This document shows, piece by piece, positions 45,020-57,100 of a stretch of 64,000 nucleotides of DNA; the stretch's first letter is position 1, and every line of letters begins with the position of its first letter. The position numbers and the translations under genes are program-made. Where the stretch lies: NCBI RefSeq assembly GCF_963853765.1, contig NC_088857.1, positions 3,658,001 through 3,722,000 of the forward strand. The letters run 5' to 3'. Below the pieces are notes generated by a model. It was not told the origin of the DNA. It worked only from the letters and a program-made list of their open reading frames with translations, and ran no database searches. Source of the DNA: Magallana gigas (Eukaryota).

Positions 45020-48000
45020 ATGGCAGGTAAAATTACGAACGTTATTTGCTTATTGATTATTGTTTGAATTTATTTTAATATACTCTTTGATTTTTAATCA
45101 AGCTTAGTTTGTTCGGTGTCAAATAGACGCATTGCATAAAGTTATTGTGATTGTAACGCTCTTCAGTGTGTTATGCTGTTATAGATATTTTCTGTTTAAT
45201 CCAACATGGCAACAACTTGTTTCGTTTTAAAAGTCTTTTGAAATTTTTTATTTCCGTGTCATTTTATGTTTTTTCTATGTCTCTAGCTTACATAATGTCA
45301 ACAGAATTTTAATTCTTTATGTGTAGTCAGAATAACGAAAATATCATTTTGAATCACAGTGTTATAAAAAAAGAAAAGAACGATGTGCAGTATGTCTTGT
45401 TTTCTTTGCATACTATCTGCTTGTACAAAGTGTTTTGATAAGTATATGTTTATGCTATGACACACAGTTTACAGTCAAGAAATAAGCATACCAACTTTAA
45501 TTTGAAGATTTAATTGCGAAGAACAAAAAGTTATTTATTTCCTACAGTAAAGTGGAGTAAACCATTAGTGTTTTTCTTTAAGAAACTATCCAAAACTGTT
45601 GAACATTCTAAGCAAATGTCAAACTTACTAATATCTCGAGGATTCATTTATTTCTGATGACAGTAAGCTGGCATAAGCTGACAAACACCATACAACCTGG
45701 ACATTGAATAATTGTTTTGTAAATGATGAACTCTCTGAATCGAGATAAGTTCTCACTCTTCAAGTAAACAGTAATTGTTCTTGTGTCTTTTGAAATTTCT
45801 CAAATCAGAGAAGTTAATGTGTTGGGTTTGTTTCTTTTTCCCTAAAAGGCATTCCAGGCGACAGGATCTCTCTTAACTTGCATATGTTACAGAAATTATC
45901 CCGCTTGTATGAAATCTCTCTCAGCAAGCCCCCTGATGGATAGTTTGGGTTGGTGAGTTGTCATGGAAATTATTGGTCTGATGTTATATTCCATGTTTGT
46001 GAGAAATACTTCTCTCAAATCAAATCCTGCAGGTGCCCCTTTCAAGTTCATGTAGGCGGAGTCAAACAAGCCACTTGACCACATTGACAGTTGCAGGTAG
46101 ATGTGGGTCTGTCACAGACAAAAGTTGACATAATGTCACTTCTATATGTATACTGTCAATGATAAAGTACACCAATAGAATTAATGTTAAAATATATTGT
46201 CATTGATAACAACACTTACCAACAAATCAATTGTTACACACTGTGTCAAATATTAACAATGAGTAACAATCGCTGACACACTAGCAAAAGCACACAGACT
46301 CACACAAAATATGAAAAATCACCACTCACAAACTCACACTGAGAGCCACACTGACAGACTCGCTAATAAACTTGTTAACAGCTTCTCATCTACCTAATAC
46401 ATACTGTCACTGACAGACTCTAAATGACAATCATGCTGACAAACTTGTCACCGACTCATTGATTTTGAGAAGACTTTGACTCATTTGCACTAACAATGAC
46501 ACTGACAAACTGAAACACACCATCACTGACAGACTTACACTGTCACTCCAAGACACACTGTCTCTGACAGACACACACTGACAGACAGACTAACAGAATG
46601 TCACTCCAAGACACACTGTCACTGACAGATTCACATGCCCTCCAATGTTACTGTCACTTGGTCAGGTAGGCTTGCTGGTCCCCTGCTTGACCTTGGAGGG
46701 AGGGGATGGTTGATATAACCTTGGGCCATGACAATAAACAACAAAGAAACAGCCACTGTGTCTGTGACAGTTTCGACATTTATTCTATTGCTCTGCTGGG
46801 CATAGAAAACTGACAAGATTATACTCTGTCCCAGTTTGTTGAGTGGAGCTGTCTTGGTTCTCACAGTGCTACAAAGTGTTTCAATCATAGCTGTGCTCTC
46901 TTGATGAACTGGTGACAGAGGGAAATCTATCTACTTTTCTAGGTCCTCAGAAAGAGCTGGACAGAATGTCAGAATTGTGTTCATTGGTTTGATCTTTGTT
47001 GCTTATCAAAAAATTGATTACCTTTCTCATGATTTTAAGTGCCTTAAAATAAAACCTATGAAAAGGACTATATATGATAAGGGCCTAAAATGGCCCCCTA
47101 AAATGAACATCATCATTTTACTGTAAATCTTTGTTTTCTTTGTACAGATATATATGTGATGTTTATACATTATGTTCATTTTGATTCAAGTGCACACAAT
47201 TTAGAAATATGGTATCATGAAGACAGTCTTTTCCCGCCATTTTTGCATTTTTAGCATAAAACAGCTTGTTTTCAAGCAGTTTTTCTTTCAAAAAACATAG
47301 AGCGCACGCTTGAACAAACAACATATTTTAATCAGAGATGTAACTAGCCAAGACTAATAACTGACAAAAAAAATTTCCTTGTTCAAGCATGCGCTCTATA
47401 TTTCCCCTTTGTTTATAGGTAAGAAAAATGTCAATTTTTGACTGATTTTGATTGAATTATAGAAATAGTGTCACTTCTGACGTCATATACTGCAAGTGAG
47501 TGCAAATAAATCAAATAAATAGGTGAAAAATATATTTTATATCAACTCCTCTAAAAAATAACATAACATTTTAATATTCCCGAAACACTTTAAAAATGGC
47601 GAATTATGGGGGCAAAATTCAACTCATATCATATATAGTTCTTTCATCAACTTTTAAAAGTTTGCATTATTTGGTATACTTTATAAACAATTAAGTCTCT
47701 CACTGAGGTTTGAAGGTATTAACACATTTGTTTCAACAGTCCTGTCATTATTTTTCTGACTGTATACAGGCCTTACAACAGAACTTGATGGAGCCGGGGG
47801 GTCCCAGTCCTACCCAGGAGAGGAGGAGGATGAAATCCAACCGCCCACCTCGGGCCTGGCACCTCAAGCTGAGGTGTCTCTCCCACGGACCCTCACAAAC
47901 AAACACCCGGTCATGTACCTCAACGAGTTAAAACGTAACCTGACATACCAGCTGGTGTCTGAACAGGAAGTGGACAAAGAGAAACTCTACACCATGTCTG

Positions 48001-51000
48001 TGGTGATTGACGGGAGGGAGTTTAATGGAACAGCCAAGAGTAAGAAGCTGGCCAAGATGGAGGCGGCCAGGGTGGCTCTAGAGTCGCTGTATAATGCTGT
48101 GTATGTGCCAGGTAGGGTTGTTTATTCTACGTTATAAACTACAGATTTTAATTTCTCAGGATTTCGAAGACTAGAGTCATGAATTTCAGAATATTATTAA
48201 GGAGAAATTGTTTGTTTTCTTAATCAAGCTACATGTATTTAAATTATAAACTCTCTGCAAATTGTAAAATTAAAAGCAGTCACACTGAAATGTGGTCAGT
48301 ATAATTTCCAGTTTATTCTTTCATCAATGTCACATGGTGTTAGTCAAGCTTTTTTTGGTACGTAAACATTTAACCAGAAGATATGTTGGTGGTGGATTAA
48401 CAAACACAGATCCACCATTAACAACCAATCATTGATAAATATTGCATTAAAAAATTGTTTTCTTTTCTGTTGATTTACCCACATTTCTAACAGTTCTAAT
48501 AATTTCTTAAAAACCTTTGACTGCTGAAAAATTGATTTTATACCAATGTGTATTTATATTAATGTAGACCAAGAAAAAGAATTTCAATTAATACATGAAA
48601 ATAGATTCACAGTTATCACTTACCATGTTTTTCCTTTGTAGATCTGGAAAATCAAGTTAACCAAACTCAGGAGACAGCGGAAGTTCCTTGGGTCAAAGGT
48701 CAGTCAATGATTGACAGTCCAAATTTAAACTTAGCGGCACAAGCCAGTGTGTAGCTACATGTATTAGATAAGTGAAGTGTTTGACTAAAAGTGGTGCAAT
48801 GTCACTTGATTTCCTGATCAGCATTACCTGTATTTGCAAGAGTCATTTATTGTAAGAACGACTCCTATATTGATACACACTTAATGCATTTCTTCTACTT
48901 CTACATTTAATATAAGGTTTCTTCTTGATTTTTTTCTAGGAGTTAAGATTCGTTTCAGCTCGCCTCTTTCAAAAATTGAATGTTTAATGGTTTTATCTTG
49001 ATAACTTATGATTGAAGAAGAAACAGCTACATTCTACATTACATGTATCATAAAAACCAACAAAAATATCTGTATATTTAACCATTACTTGCTAAATCCA
49101 TTTTTTTTCTCAAATATATTGTAACAGTTATTTACCACTGCAGTTATATTAATTCTGATTATTCCCACTCCAGGGAGTTGTATGAGGTCTTATTACATGC
49201 TGCTGTGTAAGTTGATGGGGGTGTGGGTAACTTACTTTAAGTTACTTACAATCTATAGAAATACAGAATAAAAGTTACAGGCTTACAGTACACAGTGTGA
49301 ATATTGAGCTCTGTGCTAGTTTTCTTATTTCTCCTTCCTTTTCATTCTAGCGGCATTTCCAAAAATAGGCTAATTTGTGAAGGGATGCTCTACTTGTTTA
49401 TTTATATTACATTTGTGTATCAACCACTAATTGAAAGAATATGATGAAAAGGAATGTATTGAACAAGATACCTTAATTTGGAATAATGAATGAAAGTTAC
49501 ATGCACATGTGTAGTTCATGTGAATATTCCTTTAATAAGAAAACTTATTCATTACTACAAGTATCTTCACGATATTACCGTGATAAAAGTGTAACATTAC
49601 AAAGAAATTCCCTTACATGTATACCCTCCCCCTATCTTTTGAATTTCATAAAAAGCAATGGTTAGATTTGATCTTTTTTCTGGGAGTTATACCCCTTTTA
49701 TTAATGCATATATTGTCATTATGTGTAATGTGGGAGCATGGGGTATCATTTCTTTCATTGAACTAATTTGAAAGTTCAAAACTCAGATTTTACCATTTAT
49801 TATGATTACAGATACTACCAATAACAAAGTACATGTTCCTGGTTCATATATTTAGTTCCAGGTCATCTTGATGTCAGTCACTTATTTTTTTATGTTATGG
49901 CAAAGATTCGGGTAAAAACCAAATAAATGAGTCTTTCATTCATTTTAGNNNNNNNNNNNNNNNNNNNNNNNNNNNNNNNNNNNNNNNNNNNNNNNNNNNN
50001 NNNNNNNNNNNNNNNNNNNNNNNNNNNNNNNNNNNNNNNNNNNNNNNNNNNNNNNNNNNNNNNNNNNNNNNNNNNNNAGGGGTGTAAATTTTATAGCACT
50101 GGAACATGGGATCCTTCATGACCTCACCGCAGCTATTTATTTCTCGTAGCTGATGTGAGATATGGGGAGAACTTTTCCTGATTTAGTGGTGGACTGGCCC
50201 AGGGGTTCTCTAGTTTGCCTAATGATGACTGTGTTGATTCTGTTGACAGGTATTGTATATATAACGGAGTTACGGATTTCCCAAGGATGGGGTTATTCTC
50301 TAATGAGAGAGAAGAAGCATTGATTTCTGTTCCCGGGCTCTGATTTAGAGGGTTGCATGTAGTCTCTGAGTTGGTATTCAGCCTGGATCTGCCCTTTCCA
50401 AGGAAATTTAAGACACAAAAATAGAATAAACTTATAAACTTCACCACTTTATTCCAAGGTCCTTAATCTTTCAACATTTAGATGATATACCAAACTTAAT
50501 TGACAGTAGCATAATAATTGACTGGATAACATCATATAAATCATCAAGGTGCTATTAATGGTTGCTCACCTACCAGCACTTGGTTGTTCAGTGAGTTGTC
50601 TGGGAGGTGAGTGGTGTCTCCCACGGGCCTCCTGTCATCAGCTGGCTCAATCATATATTCTCATTTGATTAATTGTATCTCTGCATATTAGATTACCAGA
50701 TTTTCTGGTGGAGATATCTGTAAAATTAACTTACTTCAGGCCCTGTCTTTAGGGGATTTCTTCCCCCCAGACTCTGAGTGATTGGTTGACTTGTCTGTCA
50801 GAGGTGACCCCTGCTTGCATGAGGCCGGCCGCAGCTACTGTAGACATCTTCATGTGAATTTCCCTCACCTAATGTCTGCCTAATGAATGTAGAATCTAGA
50901 CAGAGCCCTACATCATTTATATTCATTTATAAATCACGTAGCTTGATGCCAGGCCACTGTTCATCACTGCCCACAGATTTACTTCACCCATCTTTTGTTT

Positions 51001-51123
51001 TCACACTGTGACATGAAAATGCAATTTAAAAGGAAATAAAAAATGAAAAGAAAAGAAAAAATGTCATAGACAATCAGTCAGGTGTATCTCTGTCCAAAAT
51101 GTCTAAAATATAGTTCAATTTTC

Positions 51124-51183
<60 letters not shown>

Positions 51184-54100
51184 TGTCAGAGCTATTCTAG
51201 AGATTTCAAACGTTAAAAGAAAACATGTGACTGATAAATAAATTTTATAGATATCCTCTTTAGCAATGAATAGAGCAACTCAGCCATGCCAAGCATTTAA
51301 AAGATGCACAAGATGTATTCATGTACTTTAAATCATGCAATACTCTAGAGACAACAATGGATAGACTTAAGTATTTACTTAGCTGAGGGAAAAGAAATGT
51401 TAGATACTTACTGATTTTGAGATCAAGTTAGTATAGGTCAAGGTCATAAACAAATTTAATTCCAAGTAATTCCAAGTGGTTCTTCTTGATATAATACCTT
51501 GCATCAGACAAATTTATTATTGGCAGTGCCTCATGAGTTGAACAAATAATTTTTATTATCAGAAACTCATATATATTTTGACACATGGGGATTATTATGT
51601 GTCAGAATGCATGATATGTCATATCAGCATGAGGGACCCAATATCAGTCATTGTTGTTCCACCCAGGAAGAAAAACCATTTTTATCAATAAAGAGAGCAC
51701 CAAAGGAGACAAAATCTATTATTATACTTTCATGTTAAATACTGAAATCTGATTGGTTTGGACGCAGTTGGTAATCGGTTCTATTACCCTCAGCGTTAGC
51801 AACACACTTGGCAACGGGTAACACAACGAATTGTTACATGCACGTAAATTATGCGCGTACAGTTTGCCGTAGAATTCAGGTCATTTCTATATGAAAGCAG
51901 TAAAATTTTCTTTAAAATTAAGACATTCAGTATAATAAAATAATTAGTGCCTGTTTGGGAGGGTAACTGTTGAAATTGACACCCCTCGAAAACCATTGTC
52001 AACCTCCGCTTCGCGTCTTGACAATGGCTTTCTCGGGGTGTCAATTTCAACAGTTACACTCCCAAACAGGCACTATTTATATAATGGTACATGTATATTT
52101 GTAACTTAAAAGGTCAAAGACAATGTTCAAGGTCAAGGTGAATCAGTGTCTGAAACGTGTTCTTGAAGATCTATCATGAAGAATAGATAAATTGAAATCA
52201 TGATTGCATAAAGAGAAAAAAATAAAGCAAGCATCAATTGATGATTTCAATCTTTGATATGATGCAGGCAACAGTGAAGTGCATTTCATGTTTGTACACT
52301 CTGTGAAGTGACTTGTAAGGAAGTCCTCAAATTGCTATAAAAATTATAATTATTAAAGATTGAAAATATCCCTTAGTAAGCAAGGGTCTTAATATATTGA
52401 TAACCCAACATGGCTGGCCTAATCTGGACCTAATCCTGACAGCTGTGTTAACAGCCCCACTGTCTACAAGTATTCCCTCAATCTCTCACAAAATATCTTC
52501 ATTGGTCTCAAATATAGCTGTTCTGTTCTCTTCTGTTTTAAAGTTTGGGTTTTGTCATTTTCTGACGTTCTGTTCCCTATACAATAGGGTAGAGCTCGGC
52601 TGAGTAGAGACCTGAATGCCTGGTACGTGTATTAGTTATAGAGAACTAGTAGTACTAAGCTTCTTACGGTGGTGGATTAAAAACCAGCGGTCCACCCAGC
52701 AAGGCCCGATTCACAGACATTTTAAATATCACCTTTATTGTAGCCTGCTATGGATGAGAGCATACACAGCTTAGCTGATCAGTATCAGGTCTGGCGATAG
52801 ATTCCTTTGTTTTGATCAGAACTACCTCTGTCTTTTGTAACGGGAGGCTTTTCTGTTCTGTGTGATTAAAGGTAGGCTTGGTTTTTTTTCTGTGTTTTTG
52901 TTGGCTAATTACATCTAAAATTTTGACATAAAATAGAAAAAGATGAAGTCCTCAATATTTTGTTTCCGATTGTTTCTTATTACTTTCAATATATTCCTAA
53001 ATGTTTGTTGTTTATAATTATGAAGGAATATTGGTTTGTATGTGTTAATTTTAGTTTAAGCTATAACCATTTTTAAATTTCCTGTACTTTTTGTTCTGAG
53101 TATAAATAAGGATATTCTCATTCTTTCATTTCATTAGATATGTAGAACTACTTAATATCACTCAATAACCGGTTATGTTGAGTGAAATGTTTGATAGACT
53201 TTACGAACATACTCCGTTGGTCTCTAGATGATCCAAATTTAATGAGATATAGGCTGTTGATGATAATCTACAAAAGTTATGATGCAAGGATGAAAGAAGC
53301 AGTTTTGATCCTTATCAATGCATGAAAAGTTTTAAAGAAGAAAACCTGCAGGTCTTCAGAAACTGATAAAACATCAATATCATAACCCCATCCAAGTCAA
53401 GTTCCAAATTTATGTTTATCATGTAATTTTAAGGTTTTAACAAGCCCGAAGTTTTCTGTTTTTTAATCCCTGGCATATAATTGATTTTCTTTCACAGCAT
53501 GGTGACTTTTCAATAGGAACTGACTTTTTGGAGATATAAAATCTATATTCTGGATGTTGTCATTCTGGTATTTCATTAGATACCTGGGCAGGTATTTGAA
53601 ATCGTTTTGAAGGCATCGATGGGGAAACATTCAAGTAACCCTGATTGTCACTTTGGGTGCATCTTGTTTACTGCATTCTATTGATCCAGATTTTTGTGGG
53701 CTTTTCTCACGGTATCTTCTCCCCAACTTTATTACTAGACCTTAATTGATGCTGAAGATATAATGTATCTAATTAGGGTTTTAGTAATCAAATCTTCAGT
53801 GAATCAGCTGCATTAAGCGGTTGTATAAATCTTAGCAGGCGAACTCAGAGGTGGAAGTTTACCTCAGAGCAAAAGTATGCTTAGATTTCACAGCTGGGTA
53901 GAGTTCAAATAGAATTGGCTTTCATCAAACAAAAGTATGCTCAAATTGGATTACAGGGGGAGATGACAGTGGTTGAAGAAGTTTGAACCGAGTGTTTCCT
54001 GATTCCTGATTTTATAAATTATTCCTATTTACCACCCATTGATTGATGTTTGCGAGGTTTTTTTTTCTTGCCAACCTTTTTCTCTTTATGACTTCCACTC

Positions 54101-57100
54101 ATCGCACAGTTCTTCTTCTTTATTTTCATTTCCCCTGCTGGGACTTGAATTTCCTGAATCAGGCAAATAGCGATACCAGCATACCCCAACTCTATACCTT
54201 ATCTATTGGTAACTGTCTGTTTTATTACAAAAATATTCTAGCACTGATAAATCGAGTTCCAATAGCTTCCTATCCAAAAAATATTGCCACGTTGTGTCAA
54301 TCGTAAATGATATTCCTGATTGCTTATCACTTCAGGAAAGTGTGCATGAAATGTTTGGTTAAACCTTAGAAAAAAGTTATAAGCTTTTGGAAGTTGATGA
54401 GCAGCTAATATAAACACATTATAGATCAGATCATGGATTCTTAGACAAATACTTGGTATGTAGAGGTTTTACAAGAAATCAATGTCTACATGTTCTCCAG
54501 AAATTACATAGTTATCATGGCTTGGAATGTATAATTTTGTCAAGACAGAGTTGATAAATAAAAACATGGACTTGCGTAGTTGACTGTAGAATTATTAGCT
54601 GCTACGGTGACGCACTTTTATTCTGACAGCCACAAGTACGCATTGTTTGATTGTTTTGTTTCCAGGTTGGTTATCCCATAAAACCATTTTATGAAAACCC
54701 TTTATCTGGTAATCAATAGAAATGTGTATTTCATCAATTAATGTGATTACCATGCATGTAGTAATGCTGTAATACAGTTCCTGGGTAAAGGCCTGGAGAG
54801 ACCCACTAATCACTTCAGATTGGATCAGAAATATAATACATTGCCATCCCAAATCGAGATTGTCTCGAGATGTTTGTCATAATTAAGCCTAGCTTTCACC
54901 TAACAATAAATTACTGGAGTAATGCACTCAGACTAGCAGGTTTCAACTCCAAGAAAATTACTCTCTGGAAACAGATCCGGTTTGGCACCTTATAATTTCC
55001 TCAGCCCCGGAAGACCAGTCTTGAGCTTCATAAATCATCACCAAGACCTTAATTAAGTTTAATTATTAATGCCGTGCAAGGTCTGGGAGAGTGTACACAT
55101 ATAACTCTCCTGTTTCCTGTGCGAGCCAGCAGAATGCAGAATTATCTCCAATTGTCATGATCGGAAACGTTTTCTTTTAGATTAAGGACGGTCTTTAGAC
55201 TCTCAAGCATGAGAATTTTCAAAAAAGAAGAAAAAAATTACATGGTCACCGGTACATAAGTAGGATTGATAAAACTAAATACTTTTCTAAGTTTTATTAG
55301 TTTATTGAGGCTTATATTGGAAAATACATTGAATTGATTTGTATTTGATTTAGTAATTAACCAATTATAAAATTTATATTTTTATTAATTAATGTTTTTT
55401 AATAAGAAGATAATTATATATATATATATACCGGTAGAGAGTCCCGTTTAAAGTCTATTGGTATATGGTATTTTTTAGAAAGTTAACAAAGTCTGGTGGA
55501 AAATCTATATTTTGATGAAAATTGAAACAGTATACAAAGGCCTGTGTACAGAACTTGAAGAATCGAAGCCTGTGAGGAAATCTTTGATGCTTTGATGTGA
55601 CGTTATAGGAGCTCAGCTGGAGGCTTATGGGAGACACCGACCGGTGTTTATAGAAGACCAGCCCTCTATCTCCTCCCAGTAACACAACCATTTAACGCTT
55701 TAAAAAGTGCATTTTTCTTTCGGAAGCTGACACAATTGACCTGCAATTCTCTGTAATCGGACAAGGCTTGAGTCAATATTGACTCTACCAATATGTGTTA
55801 TCAAGCCCGGCCTTGCGTTAAAACTTTTTCTTTTCTACCCTTTATCTGTCCATATTTGTTCAGTTCAATGTAAAATAGTAGACAGCTTTGGCATTTTGCT
55901 GTTTTTCTGGCGGTAACCAAAGGCAGTGCCAGATGTGCTTACTCTACATTGGCACCACAATCGTCGGTTCGCTCTATGCACCCTTATACACACTGGTTTT
56001 TACTTCATTACCATTTCAAGGAGTCTCTTGTATTGAGTCGTGTGAATTTCAATTCAATGGTCTTTTTCACTGCAGTCAGTCTTTAGTCTTATTTTGGGTT
56101 TTCAGCTAGTGTGCATATGGTTAGGAAATTGACAGGGAATATATTGAGTTAATTTGGGTAAGTTCATATTGAAATCATTCAGTATTTGATTACAGTTAAT
56201 TTGTCTCTTAACATATTCGTAGCAGTGTTGTCTTGTTATTACAAGGTCACCGAGGTTATCCCTCTCAATTATGCATGACATTTATCATACCTTACACTGT
56301 ACAAACATCTTTAATTCCACATGTTTAAAACTTCACAATTTTCTATTATGATACAATGCAATTTCATTAAAAAAAAAAAATTCTTAATTTTTACACCAAC
56401 CTTATTATTATTGAAATGATGGAACCTGTGTTTATTCTACTTCACCAGTTTATATACCGTACTATTTTTACTAAGCGTATGTAATGTATGTTGCTAGTTG
56501 TGCTGTCACACATACAGTAACTGTAGTTATTACATGTACCTACTATGTAAATATCACATGCAATACACACTAATTGTCTCATGCATTGGGTAAAACACAA
56601 TTCTAAATGACCATATCATCGAATCAATTGTTCCATTTCTTTTCTGTTTGGAAACCATTACCAAATGAATATTTTGCTTGAAAATTCATTTCTGTAAAAA
56701 AAGAAAAGTTATGAAATACAATAATCAGCAATATATGGTTGGTCCAGCAAATGGATAATGAAATGACATAAAATGTTGAAGCATGGATATTGTGACCAAT
56801 AATGCACCATTAATGAAGAAATAAAATATCTACAGCAGTTGTATGTTATGGAAAACATCATCGCCTACAGAACAAGAATTATCAGGGCACTGACTTCGGG
56901 ACATATCCCTGCATGATGGAGGTGACGAATAGATTGACAACCAGCTATCTCAACACTTAGAACAAGGCCTGGGTAAAAGGCCTATATATCAGGCAAGATG
57001 CCTGCTGAATCTAACATCACTTAGCGGACACCATATTATAGCTGACCACTTATCTTGTCATCTCAGAGTCACATAAGTCTGCCCATGTACACCTAATGGT

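Noticed and set aside
54595-54852. Resemblance of ...[11 protein letters not shown]...VLWDNQ to Mononegavirales L motifs B and C (QKLWT...GDNQ)
   Set aside because: Spacing is about 6 residues too long, the GG.EG and GDN glycines are missing, and no motif A was found in frame; kept only as part of the unidentified tract.
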